This document shows positions 8,932-18,331 of a DNA stretch of 64,000 nucleotides, in pieces. The position numbers and the translations under genes are program-made. The DNA is taken from sequence record LC788705.1. One strand, written 5' to 3'. Within the stretch, counting starts at the first letter, position 1. Every line of letters begins with the position of its first letter. The notes under the pieces were generated by a model. It had not been told where the DNA came from, ran no database searches, and saw only the letters and a list, made by a program, of their open reading frames with translations. This DNA is from Escherichia coli phage NG_A1.

Positions 8932-9189
8932 ATGAAAGTTACATTACCCAAAACATTGGACGAAAAAGTATTCATTTCACCGGATGAAATGGAATCTGAT
9001 AAAGTTTACAGCTTCGGGCCTATCCTAGCCGCCAAAACTAATACGGATGGTATTATTTCCGTCGATTCCCGTGATAACGATATTGTCCCTTTTGATGATG
9101 ATGGCGCTTTTTATGAGTGGCTAAGCGATAATAATTTACCCGTAAACGGTGAATTAACGCCGTACCAGATGCAGATTATTATCAAATAA
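8932..9189 (+). CDS. Hypothetical pre-early protein (85 aa from the RBS-supported ATG)
   Basis: ORF track 8899..9189; AGGAG RBS precedes ATG at 8932. Confidence 0.5.
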   Translation: MKVTLPKTLDEKVFISPDEMESDKVYSFGPILAAKTNTDGIISVDSRDNDIVPFDDDGAFYEWLSDNNLPVNGELTPYQMQIIIK

Positions 9190-9227
9190 ATTAAATCCAT
9201 TATTAAACTAATTGGGGTTTTATAAAT

Positions 9228-9626
9228 ATGAAAAAGCAAAATATTCCATTCGATCGCGCTCAATCTTCTATTGTTCTGGTTTATTCTAATGGCGAACGTT
9301 ACCACGTCGAGGCGGGGCACGTTATTGATGAATTACTAGACTTTAATGACGCTTTGCAGGTTACTACCTTTGCCTATACGCAAGCCCGCGCAAGTAGCTA
9401 CATTAAGGCCGTAGGCGTTTATGTTGACACGGTGAAGCAAGAAACGATTATCATCGACGCAGTAAAATCCGGTCTAGCCTTTGCAGTTGTCGCGCCTTGC
9501 CCCGCTTGCCTCGATGATCAATTGATCAGCGCAAAGGTATATACCTGCGCGGGTATCCGTTCCCATGTATCAGGTGAGGATGTTAGTTTTATCGCTGATG
9601 CGTTGGCTTTTGGTCTGGCGTTCTAA
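9228..9626 (+). CDS. Hypothetical pre-early protein (132 aa)
   Basis: ORF track; followed by a stem-loop at 9640-9668. Confidence 0.5.
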   Translation: MKKQNIPFDRAQSSIVLVYSNGERYHVEAGHVIDELLDFNDALQVTTFAYTQARASSYIKAVGVYVDTVKQETIIIDAVKSGLAFAVVAPCPACLDDQLISAKVYTCAGIRSHVSGEDVSFIADALAFGLAF

Positions 9627-9705
9627 TAGTTAATTTATTATTACCCGCTATTTATAAGCGGGTAATGCTGAATAAACTAAATCCCTTAAATGGAGAACGT
9701 AACAA

Positions 9706-10440
9706 ATGAATAAAGCTATTATTAATTCTTTCCGTAATTTCCCGCATATTTCCCGCGTCATGATTTGGGATTTAGACGGCACTATCATTAATTCTTTCCA
9801 TCGCGTAGCGCCTTGCTTTGATAGCGAGGGCAATTTAGATTTAAATAAGTATAAAAATGAAGCCTGCAAACATCATTTAATAATGCAAGATTCCTTATTG
9901 CCATTGGTTGAATATATGCGCCAGTGCATGAATGACGCAAATACTTTAAACATTATTTGCACCGCTCGACTGATGAGCAAGTCGGACTATTATTATTTGC
10001 GTAAACAAGGGTTGCGCGGTCGTGGCGATAGCAATATCCGCGTGTTTTCTCGCGATACACTGCATAAATATTTTAAAGCTGATAAAGTTAGCGAGATATA
10101 CCACAGCAAAGACGCAGTATATAAATCTTATTACTTTGAATTATTTAAACAATTATATCCGAACGCTGATTTTACAATGATTGATGATCATAAAGGCGTG
10201 CTATCAGCGGCGGCATCATACGGATTTAAAACGCTGGATGCGCAAGCCGTTAATGATATTCTATCAATAGGTGTAACATTAATAGGTGAAACCTTTATTG
10301 ATGAATCGCTCGACGATGATAATGATTATCAATTCCTAGCTGACCGTTTAAAATTATGCTGGGAAGGTATGACCGAGGAAGAACGCGCAGAATATAGTTG
10401 CAGCCCGCAACAATATATTGAGAAATTAAAAGTTGCCTAA
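9706..10440 (+). CDS. dmp: HAD-superfamily phosphatase, T5 dmp-like 5'-deoxyribonucleotidase (244 aa)
   Basis: HAD motif I IWDLDGTII near the N-terminus; TGGAG RBS; position matches the T5 pre-early set. Confidence 0.65.
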   Translation: MNKAIINSFRNFPHISRVMIWDLDGTIINSFHRVAPCFDSEGNLDLNKYKNEACKHHLIMQDSLLPLVEYMRQCMNDANTLNIICTARLMSKSDYYYLRKQGLRGRGDSNIRVFSRDTLHKYFKADKVSEIYHSKDAVYKSYYFELFKQLYPNADFTMIDDHKGVLSAAASYGFKTLDAQAVNDILSIGVTLIGETFIDESLDDDNDYQFLADRLKLCWEGMTEEERAEYSCSPQQYIEKLKVA

Positions 10441-10505
10441 CAATTAAAGTTGAAATAGTCACGGTGTGTAATGATAACATGCCGTGACTATTAGCTTGCT
10501 AAGTA

Positions 10506-10544
10506 CCGGGCGGTAATGAGACTCATTCTCATCTGGAGGGCCAC
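10506..10544 (+). repeat. ~40-bp element CCGGGCGGTAATGAGACTCATTCTCATCTGGAG, copy 2
   Basis: Direct repeat of the element at 484-530, ~10.0 kb downstream, just after the dmp-like gene. Confidence 0.6.
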
Positions 10545-10591
10545 TGGACACACCTCCATGTGTAATCTTATGAAATTTGGCAAAAAGTCAA

Positions 10592-10837
10592 TTAGCGCAT
10601 AGAAGGGTCATCAAAACGATGTTCAGGTTTAAACTCACGAAATCTCTTCCGCGACGCCCGAGATCCATCCGACCATTCTCGCTCAAACTCCGCACGTTTC
10701 TCGTCAAACTTCCGCTCCCTTTCCGCAATCTCCCGCGTCACTCCCGCAATATATTTACGATGCTTGTTGATTGCCGCAGTTGTCCCGAAAACCCCCGCGA
10801 GTATCCCGATAATAAAAGCAATTACAATACTAAACAT
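10592..10837 (-). CDS. Small membrane-anchored protein (81 aa) with charged C-terminal domain
   Basis: N-terminal TM helix FSIVIAFIIGILAGVFGTTAAI followed by an Arg/Glu-rich tail. Confidence 0.5.
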   Translation of the reverse strand: MFSIVIAFIIGILAGVFGTTAAINKHRKYIAGVTREIAERERKFDEKRAEFEREWSDGSRASRKRFREFKPEHRFDDPSMR

Positions 10838-11024
10838 CTAATTCCCTCTCAATTTGCAGAATACGGGTACTATCACAACGTTGCAGTAGTGCTAGCTTTT
10901 CTAGAGTAACTTGTTGTTGTTTTACCTGAGCTTCTAGAGTTTTTAGGCGAACGTACACGGTGTAAGAAATAATGAAAACTGCCCAGACTAGTATTACTGT
11001 TAGTGTAGCTACTACCTCCATCAT
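10830..11024 (-). CDS. Small membrane-anchored coiled-coil protein (64 aa)
   Basis: N-terminal TM helix, then heptad-like LKTLEAQVKQQQVTLEKLALL. Confidence 0.5.
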   Translation of the reverse strand: MMEVVATLTVILVWAVFIISYTVYVRLKTLEAQVKQQQVTLEKLALLQRCDSTRILQIERELDV

Positions 11025-11128
11025 TTACATTTCTCCGATAGTAAGGTTTCGATTCTAGCTAAGTGATTATCTAAGATACATTGCCCCATAATCACAATCC
11101 CTAGTAATGCAATAATTACCCATTCCAT
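11021..11128 (-). CDS. Small membrane peptide (35 aa)
   Basis: Hand-translated MEWVIIALLGIVIMGQCILDNHLARIETLLSEKCK; TAATG and ATGA overlaps with neighbours. Confidence 0.35.
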   Translation of the reverse strand: MEWVIIALLGIVIMGQCILDNHLARIETLLSEKCK

Positions 11129-11256
11129 TAAATCCATCCCGCCATAGCTGCTAACCAAAAACCTACGAAAATAAAGAATAGGATAGTTCCGAATCCAAAG
11201 CTATTAATCCAGCTATCGTACACTTCTCCACGTCTGCTCTTTCTTTTGTTTGACAT
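11128..11256 (-). CDS. Small membrane peptide (42 aa)
   Basis: Hand-translated MSNKRKSRRGEVYDSWINSFGFGTILFFIFVGFWLAAMAGWI; AGGAG RBS. Confidence 0.4.
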   Translation of the reverse strand: MSNKRKSRRGEVYDSWINSFGFGTILFFIFVGFWLAAMAGWI

Positions 11257-11434
11257 ATCTTTCGTGCTCCTATAAATATGGTATTTTAAAATATTTTATA
11301 ATTTGTGTAATAACCAACCATGCTTGTGACTTCCTAGAAGGACTTCTACTTTTCTTACATAGTGGTTTCTGCCAATATACCATCCAAAAAATAAAAAATT
11401 TAGTTTACTTGGATGTCTTTTTGCTTTATACTAA

Positions 11435-11701
11435 TTACAGGTAGTTAGATTGCTCTAGTTTAAATTTACAATCACCGTATTTAAGATCAAACTGACTGAG
11501 ATCCCACCACCCAAACTTAGTACGGAGCTGTACTACTGGGAAGCGATCTCCCTTAATACGAACTTTTTGAATCTTGAGGCCGTAATGTTCTTCTCCCGCA
11601 CCGCCAAAAGATTTTACAAATCCAGTACAAAATGGTTTGGGAGCAGGTGCACAACCAGATAACATAACTGCGGCAACTAGTGCAATCACAAACTTTTTCA
11701 T
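11435..11701 (-). CDS. llp: Lipoprotein Llp-like, candidate receptor-blocking superinfection-exclusion protein (88 aa)
   Basis: Signal peptide with lipobox LSGC; divergent from and adjacent to the receptor-binding protein gene; own TTGCTT-N17-TATAAT promoter. Confidence 0.7.
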   Translation of the reverse strand: MKKFVIALVAAVMLSGCAPAPKPFCTGFVKSFGGAGEEHYGLKIQKVRIKGDRFPVVQLRTKFGWWDLSQFDLKYGDCKFKLEQSNYL

Positions 11702-11732
11702 ATTTATCTCTCCATTTCTAATTTATGAATCT

Positions 11733-11761
11733 ATTATAGCAAAATAGAGGGATGAAAGCAA
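11733..11761 (-). promoter_or_regulatory. Sigma70-type early promoter for llp (TTGCTT-N17-TATAAT)
   Basis: -35 at 11756-11761 and -10 at 11733-11738 on the minus strand, 17-bp spacer. Confidence 0.65.
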
Positions 11762-11786
11762 ATACATTTTTATAATAGGAGATTAT

Positions 11787-13544
11787 ATGGGTTTTTTCGC
11801 TGGAAAATATAGCGATGGTAAGACCGTACTATCCTTAAATACTGAATCTGGTGGTGACATTAATCGTCACTATAGTCCAAATAATAATAGTATTTTTCAT
11901 AGTGATATGCCATTTGTTCTAGTTGATGGTACTTATGAGGTAGGATTAGGTGATGCCGGGAATGGGTTTTTCGTATGTCAGATGCCTCCTGATATAGTAA
12001 ATATTAAATCTAATGATCCTGGTAGAGTTATACTAACTGCTATTGAAATTAACGGCACTCACAGAGCTTTTCTTAATGGTACTCAGAGTAAAGTTGGTCA
12101 AACTATAGTTGCCACTCAAGCAGATCCCTTTAGATCTTTTGCTAGTGTTTCTCAAACCAGTGGATTTGCCTTTGGTAATAGTCTAGCATCCGGCACTTAT
12201 AATTATAATCCCTCTCTAGGGCACGAAGAATCTATCTCTAGGAGTGGTACAGGGGGTACTACGTTACATAGTACCTACCATGGGATAGTTAGGCCCGGTG
12301 CGGGAGCTCCTGTAGGTATTACTGTTGCAGAAGCTTTTGCACAATTAGGTTTTCCTATTAATAGTAGCACAGTACCTATAGATGGCAATAACCCGTACTA
12401 TTGGGATCCTGGATGGATATCACCTCTAGGAGCAGCGCATAGAGGGCATGATTGGTTTTATGTCTGCAATTCTAATATACGTGGATATGGTGGGGTTAGG
12501 CAAGGGCTCCCAGGTAATGTAAATACTATGTACCACGACGGTGGGAACAGATTTGTTTGTAGGGGATCTACTACTAATCTGGCCAACCAGTCTGGCAATC
12601 CTACGGTAATACAGGACTGGTATAATATAACTCCTACTAAGGTTATTTGGTATGTTCTTAATTTAAGGTACTCTAATAGTGGAATGAGTATTTCAGGCAA
12701 CCCCTTTACTGGTTCTGATATTCTTATATCTCCTTCTAATTTCATAATTAAAGGGGTAAGTCTCCCTAATACCGGGTATAAATTTATAAATCAGAATGCT
12801 TTTGGTAACCTAGGTTACCGTCCTGATATGGAGTATATAGGAAATAACGCAGCGTATACCGGGGTTTTTGGGGATACCACGGCAAGGTGTGAACTTGTAG
12901 GGTCTAGTAATGGAGGAGTATGGTCTCCTGTAGACTATGGTGGAGCTAAATCCCAAATTAGCATTTACAAATTCGGAGCTGGTAAGCAATGGTATGTAAA
13001 CTCTAGGGATAATACTATCGGTAATGAACACGGGGTTGTTTGGGGACCATCAGCAGTTCCATTACGACTTTTTGGTGGAAATGTAGGTAGTTCTTATATG
13101 GGAGATGATATTACTCCCAGCTACCCAGGAACGGGTGATAGATACGTTGGTTTATCAACTATTGGGCTAGGTATACCGGGTGGCAATGCTACAGTAATTC
13201 TTACCACTGAAGTTATATCAGGTAACCTTAACTGTGCAGGTGTTCCTGCTAATACATGGAATAACGGTGTGTTTCAAGTGCAAGGAAGAAGAGCATATAG
13301 CTATAGCGGCGGGGATGCAATATTCCACCAGATTTTAACGCTACCTGTGGGCTATCTAGTACCTTTTCATACTACATCTGCTTTTAGATATACACCTAAC
13401 AATGCTCTAAGTAGAAACAGTTTTATATACACTGTTAAAAATTTAGGAAATGGAAATGTAGAGTTAGGAGTAGTTATGCACGTGAGTTTGGGTAGTGCAG
13501 TTTTCCTACCTAGATTAAGAGTAACAGTTCAACGCCTTACCTAA
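11787..13544 (+). CDS. Receptor-binding tail protein, pb5/Oad-like (585 aa)
   Basis: N-terminus [41 protein letters not shown] resembles the T5 pb5 N-terminus as I recall it; divergent pairing with llp; Gly/Asn/Ser-rich. Confidence 0.6.
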   Translation: MGFFAGKYSDGKTVLSLNTESGGDINRHYSPNNNSIFHSDMPFVLVDGTYEVGLGDAGNGFFVCQMPPDIVNIKSNDPGRVILTAIEINGTHRAFLNGTQSKVGQTIVATQADPFRSFASVSQTSGFAFGNSLASGTYNYNPSLGHEESISRSGTGGTTLHSTYHGIVRPGAGAPVGITVAEAFAQLGFPINSSTVPIDGNNPYYWDPGWISPLGAAHRGHDWFYVCNSNIRGYGGVRQGLPGNVNTMYHDGGNRFVCRGSTTNLANQSGNPTVIQDWYNITPTKVIWYVLNLRYSNSGMSISGNPFTGSDILISPSNFIIKGVSLPNTGYKFINQNAFGNLGYRPDMEYIGNNAAYTGVFGDTTARCELVGSSNGGVWSPVDYGGAKSQISIYKFGAGKQWYVNSRDNTIGNEHGVVWGPSAVPLRLFGGNVGSSYMGDDITPSYPGTGDRYVGLSTIGLGIPGGNATVILTTEVISGNLNCAGVPANTWNNGVFQVQGRRAYSYSGGDAIFHQILTLPVGYLVPFHTTSAFRYTPNNALSRNSFIYTVKNLGNGNVELGVVMHVSLGSAVFLPRLRVTVQRLT

Positions 13545-13554
13545 AGGAGGAAAT

Positions 13555-14037
13555 ATGGCAAATGATGTATTAGTACCAGATCTTATGTCCCCTGAAGGGA
13601 TGGATGTGATTGAAGCTTATTTACAGTGTGGCAGCGATGCGCCTGCCGCAGCACGTAGTCTTGGAATGTCTGAAATTGCTTTCCGAGATATTATGAATCG
13701 TAGTGAAGTTAAGAACTACTTAAATGATATTTTTATGGAGAGTGGATTCCGTAATAGGGATCGTTTGTTTGGTGTTCTAGATGAAGTTATTAAACGTAAA
13801 CTAGAGGAGCTAGAAGAAACCGGCATGGGTTCTGACCAAGATATTATGGATATTCTATGGAAAGCTCACAAAATGAAGATGGAAGAAATGAAAATGATGG
13901 TGGAGTTAGAGAAAGCTAAAGCCGCCGCTCGAGCTCCTGCTAATCAGACCAATATTCAGAATAACATTATTGCTGGAGCTGGGGACCAAAACTACATGGA
14001 CTTAATTACTTCCCTAGCTACTGGAGGTAAGAAGTAA
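13555..14037 (+). CDS. Terminase small subunit (160 aa)
   Basis: N-terminal HTH-like segment [17 protein letters not shown]; directly upstream of the large terminase with abutting stop/start. Confidence 0.55.
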   Translation: MANDVLVPDLMSPEGMDVIEAYLQCGSDAPAAARSLGMSEIAFRDIMNRSEVKNYLNDIFMESGFRNRDRLFGVLDEVIKRKLEELEETGMGSDQDIMDILWKAHKMKMEEMKMMVELEKAKAAARAPANQTNIQNNIIAGAGDQNYMDLITSLATGGKK

Positions 14038-15353
14038 TGGAAGTGTCAAGACCCTATGTTAACACAGTAGATGTTATTGATTTCGGTATAGATAAACGTT
14101 TCTTTCGTCTACCTGTTTCTGGAATACTGGCGCAAGAAGGTATTACACCTAATGGTCCTCAAATAGCAATTATCAATGCGCTAGAAGATCCTAGACATCG
14201 TTTTGTAACGGCATGTGTATCGCGCCGTGTAGGTAAATCCTTCATCGCATACACACTTGGGTTCCTAAAATTGCTGGAACCTAATGTGAAAGTGTTAGTA
14301 GTTGCTCCTAACTACTCACTGGCCAACATCGGATGGTCTCAGATTCGTGGCCTTATTAAAAAGTACGGCCTACAGACCGAACGTGAGAACGCTAAAGATA
14401 AAGAGATTGAGTTAGCTAATGGTTCTCTATTTAAACTAGCTTCCGCGGCTCAGGCTGACTCCGCAGTTGGACGTTCATATGATTTTATCATCTTTGATGA
14501 GGCGGCAATTTCCGATGTGGGTGGTGATGCCTTCAGGGTTCAGCTGCGTCCTACCCTAGATAAACCTAATTCTAAGGCTCTATTTATTTCCACCCCTCGT
14601 GGAGGTAACTGGTTTAAAGAGTTTTACGCCTACGGATTTGATGATACGTTGCCTAACTGGGTATCTATTCATGGTACATATCGTGATAACCCACGTGCCG
14701 ACTTGAATGATATTGAGGAAGCACGTCGTACAGTTAGTAAAAACTACTTCCGCCAAGAATACGAGGCTGACTTCTCTGTATTCGAAGGACAGATATTTGA
14801 TACCTTTAATGCTATCGATCATGTTAAAGATCTCAAAGGTATGCGTCACTTCTTTAAAGATGATGAAGCATTCGAAACGTTGCTTGGTATTGACGTTGGT
14901 TATCGTGACCCTACAGCAGTTCTTACTATTAAATATCACTACGATACGGATACTTACTATGTGTTAGAAGAGTACCAGCAGGCGGAAAAAACTACAGCCC
15001 AGCATGCTGCTTATATTCAGCATTGTATAGATCGTTATAAAGTTGATCGTATTTTTGTTGACTCTGCCGCCGCTCAGTTCCGCCAGGACTTAGCTTATGA
15101 GCATGAAATTGCATCGGCTCCAGCTAAAAAATCTGTCCTAGATGGCCTAGCATGTCTGCAGGCATTATTCCAACAGGGTAAAATTATTGTAGATGCCTCA
15201 TGTTCCTCCTTAATTCATGCATTGCAGAACTATAAGTGGGACTTCCAAGAAGGTGAAGAGAAATTATCACGTGAAAAACCACGTCATGATGCTAACTCTC
15301 ACCTTTGTGATGCGCTCCGCTATGGAATTTACTCTATTTCCCGTGGTAAATAA
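14037..15353 (+). CDS. Terminase large subunit (438 aa)
   Basis: Walker A-like SRRVGKS, Walker B FIIFDEAA, C-terminal nuclease-type acidic motifs; GGAGG RBS. Confidence 0.85.
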   Translation: MEVSRPYVNTVDVIDFGIDKRFFRLPVSGILAQEGITPNGPQIAIINALEDPRHRFVTACVSRRVGKSFIAYTLGFLKLLEPNVKVLVVAPNYSLANIGWSQIRGLIKKYGLQTERENAKDKEIELANGSLFKLASAAQADSAVGRSYDFIIFDEAAISDVGGDAFRVQLRPTLDKPNSKALFISTPRGGNWFKEFYAYGFDDTLPNWVSIHGTYRDNPRADLNDIEEARRTVSKNYFRQEYEADFSVFEGQIFDTFNAIDHVKDLKGMRHFFKDDEAFETLLGIDVGYRDPTAVLTIKYHYDTDTYYVLEEYQQAEKTTAQHAAYIQHCIDRYKVDRIFVDSAAAQFRQDLAYEHEIASAPAKKSVLDGLACLQALFQQGKIIVDASCSSLIHALQNYKWDFQEGEEKLSREKPRHDANSHLCDALRYGIYSISRGK

Positions 15354-15362
15354 ATAAGTATA

Positions 15363-15410
15363 GGATGGGATACTACTCAGTTGGTATCCCATTCCTGTAT
15401 TTTAAAATCC
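15363..15410 (+). terminator. Intrinsic terminator after the terminase gene
   Basis: Hairpin GGATGGGATAC...GTATCCCATTCC followed by a T-rich tract. Confidence 0.5.
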
Positions 15411-15524
15411 CCTTTACAAATTCGATACGATTATGTATACTATATTCATTGATCGGGAGAACTTCTCCCATAATAGAACGTAAACAAGAAAAATTAATGC
15501 TCTACATGGGGTGTAGGAGATTCT

Positions 15525-16199
15525 ATGGGTCGACAAAAGCTAACAATAAAAGATATAAATATTAGATTAGCTGATCGTGGAATCCAAATTGTCGGTGAGT
15601 ATGTAAACCAACGTACAAAAACAGTATTTAAATGCCAGAGAGCACATGTTTGGGAAGCAACACCACATTCTATACTCCATATGGGGAGAGGTTGTCCACA
15701 CTGCTCCAATAATACAATATCGTTAGATGAAGTTAATAACAGAATATCTAATATAGGGTATACTCTGTTAAGCAGCTATACTAATGCTAAAACAAAACTA
15801 CATCTACGCTGCAATAAGGGGCATGACTGTTTAATTACCTTAGATGGATTGACTCAAGGTAAGAGATGTCCTTATTGTTCTCTTAAGTGGGAGAATGGCG
15901 GATTCCTCTATATCATGTCCTCCTCTAGTGGTACTAAAGTAGGCATAAGCTTATACCCTGAGAAACGGCTGAATGAAGTTAAAAGAGAATCTGGATTTTC
16001 TGACCTATACTTGTTCACCATGTATCATCTGCCAGATAGAGAGACTGCTTTAGATTTAGAAAAGGAAGTTCACAGAGAATATTATAATAAAAACTGTGGG
16101 TTTTCTAATTTTACAGGAAGCACGGAATTTTTTAATGTTGCTCCTGAGGATATAGTAATCTTTCTAAGTAGCTTTGGATTGGAGGATTATGGCCACTAA
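15525..16199 (+). CDS. T5orf172/GIY-YIG-like domain protein with N-terminal zinc-ribbon repeats, putative homing endonuclease (224 aa)
   Basis: Repeated CPHCS/CPYCS motifs; C-terminal GFLYIMSSSSGTKVGIS resembles the T5orf172 core. Confidence 0.55.
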   Translation: MGRQKLTIKDINIRLADRGIQIVGEYVNQRTKTVFKCQRAHVWEATPHSILHMGRGCPHCSNNTISLDEVNNRISNIGYTLLSSYTNAKTKLHLRCNKGHDCLITLDGLTQGKRCPYCSLKWENGGFLYIMSSSSGTKVGISLYPEKRLNEVKRESGFSDLYLFTMYHLPDRETALDLEKEVHREYYNKNCGFSNFTGSTEFFNVAPEDIVIFLSSFGLEDYGH

Positions 16200-16626
16200 T
16201 ACTAAGTACAAACGTGATGCCATTTCCATAATGAGGGATGGTATAAAATCTAGGTATAGTAAGGATGGTTACTGTGCTATATGTGGTAGTAGTGAAGACC
16301 TAGAACTTCACCATTATCATACTATATCTCAGCTAATAAAAAAATTTGCTAAAGAACTCCAGCTGGATTTCACTGATGAGAATATCGTCCTTTCAAATAG
16401 GGAAGCATTCTACAAGAAATATGAGCATGAGTTAGTTAGGGACGTGGTAACATTGTGCCAGCACCATCACCAATTATTACATAAGGTTTACACAAAAGAA
16501 CCTCCTTTATTTTCTGCTAATAAGCAAAAAGCGTGGGTTCAAAAGCAGAAAGACAAATTACAGAATCCTCAAGAAAAGACACAAGTCAAGACTGAAACAA
16601 AATCAGGATTCGCAAGGTTCTTATAA
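16174..16626 (+). CDS. HNH endonuclease (150 aa; real start may be the internal ATG at 16189)
   Basis: Motifs CAICGSSEDLELHHYH and CQHHHQLLH; stop overlaps the portal start. Confidence 0.7.
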   Translation: MDWRIMATNTKYKRDAISIMRDGIKSRYSKDGYCAICGSSEDLELHHYHTISQLIKKFAKELQLDFTDENIVLSNREAFYKKYEHELVRDVVTLCQHHHQLLHKVYTKEPPLFSANKQKAWVQKQKDKLQNPQEKTQVKTETKSGFARFL

Positions 16627-17843
16627 TGGGTTTAAAAAGCTGGATTACTGAAAAGTTAAATCCGGGTCAACGTATTATAAGAGACATGGAACCAGTTAGT
16701 CATCGCACTAACCGTAAGCCTTTTACCACTGGACAAGCCTACAGTAAAATTGAGATTCTCAATAGAACTGCTAATATGGTTATAGATAGTGCGGCGGAGT
16801 GTTCTTATACTGTCGGAGATAAATATAATATTGTTACGTACGCTAATGGCGTCAAAACAAAGACTCTAGACACTCTCTTAAATGTACGACCTAATCCATT
16901 CATGGATATAAGCACATTCCGTAGACTTGTAGTCACTGACCTACTTTTTGAAGGTTGTGCATACATCTATTGGGATGGCACATCGCTTTACCATGTCCCG
17001 GCTGCTCTTATGCAGGTCGAGGCAGATGCCAATAAGTTTATCAAAAAGTTTATATTTAATAATCAGATAGACTATCGCGTAGATGAGATTATCTTTATAA
17101 AGGATAACAGTTACGTGTGTGGCACAAATTCTCAAATTTCTGGACAATCTCGTGTTGCTACTGTTATTGATTCTCTTGAAAAGCGTTCTAAGATGCTTAA
17201 CTTTAAAGAGAAATTCCTCGATAACGGAACCGTGATTGGTCTTATTCTTGAGACGGATGAAATCCTGAACAAGAAATTGCGTGAGCGTAAACAAGAAGAA
17301 TTACAACTCGATTATAATCCTAGTACGGGTCAGTCTTCTGTCCTGATTCTAGATGGTGGTATGAAAGCTAAACCGTACTCCCAAATATCCTCTTTTAAAG
17401 ATCTAGACTTTAAGGAAGACATCGAAGGATTTAATAAATCTATTTGTCTAGCCTTTGGAGTTCCGCAAGTACTGCTTGATGGTGGTAATAATGCGAATAT
17501 TCGACCAAACATCGAACTGTTCTATTACATGACTATCATCCCTATGCTGAACAAGCTGACTAGTTCTCTTACTTTCTTTTTTGGTTATAAGATTACTCCT
17601 AATACTAAGGAAGTAGCTGCATTAACACCAGATAAAGAATCTGAGGCTAAACATTTAACCTCATTGGTTAATAATGGTATTATAACTGGTAACGAAGCTC
17701 GTTTAGAGCTGAACCTTGAGCCTTTAGATGATGAGCAGATGAATAAGATTCGTATTCCTGCTAACGTCGCTGGTTCTGCAACAGGCGTATCCGGTCAAGA
17801 AGGTGGTAGACCTCAAGGTTCCACCGAGGGAGATAAAGAATGA
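16626..17843 (+). CDS. Portal protein, pb7-like (405 aa)
   Basis: Size and position between terminase and protease/capsid genes. Confidence 0.7.
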   Translation: MGLKSWITEKLNPGQRIIRDMEPVSHRTNRKPFTTGQAYSKIEILNRTANMVIDSAAECSYTVGDKYNIVTYANGVKTKTLDTLLNVRPNPFMDISTFRRLVVTDLLFEGCAYIYWDGTSLYHVPAALMQVEADANKFIKKFIFNNQIDYRVDEIIFIKDNSYVCGTNSQISGQSRVATVIDSLEKRSKMLNFKEKFLDNGTVIGLILETDEILNKKLRERKQEELQLDYNPSTGQSSVLILDGGMKAKPYSQISSFKDLDFKEDIEGFNKSICLAFGVPQVLLDGGNNANIRPNIELFYYMTIIPMLNKLTSSLTFFFGYKITPNTKEVAALTPDKESEAKHLTSLVNNGIITGNEARLELNLEPLDDEQMNKIRIPANVAGSATGVSGQEGGRPQGSTEGDKE

Positions 17844-18328
17844 TTGATTATAGTGGTCTAAAGACCATTTTTGGTGAAAAACTACCAGAATCTCATATCT
17901 TCTTTGCTACGGTTGCTGCGCATAAATATGTTCCTAGCTATGCTTTTCTGCGTAGAGAACTAGGACTTTCATCTGCGCATACTAACCGCAAAGTATGGAA
18001 GAAATTTGCAGAGGCTTACGGTAAGGCTGGTCCAGTAGACGTTGTCCCTGGAGCTCCTACATTGCAAGTAACTCCAGGTGAAAATTCAGTAACTTATACA
18101 ATTACTGATGGTACTAATACTGGCTCACCAATCACCCAGTATAAAGTATACTATACTGATGGGGTTACTCCGAAAACCCACAATTCTGGGTCTTCTAAAA
18201 CAGGTACTATTTCTACCCTAGAAGCAAAAGAGTATACTTTCCAGGCAGTAGCTGTTAATGGGGCGGGAGAATCTCCTAAATCTACAGCAGTAAAAGCTAC
18301 CCCAACTGCACCTGGTGTTGGAGGCTAA
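17840..18328 (+). CDS. Capsid decoration protein with Ig/FN3-like C-terminal domain, pb10-like (162 aa)
   Basis: C-terminal beta-rich segment VTPGENSVTYTITDG...YTFQAVAVNGAGES. Confidence 0.55.
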   Translation: MIDYSGLKTIFGEKLPESHIFFATVAAHKYVPSYAFLRRELGLSSAHTNRKVWKKFAEAYGKAGPVDVVPGAPTLQVTPGENSVTYTITDGTNTGSPITQYKVYYTDGVTPKTHNSGSSKTGTISTLEAKEYTFQAVAVNGAGESPKSTAVKATPTAPGVGG

Positions 18329-18331
18329 TAA

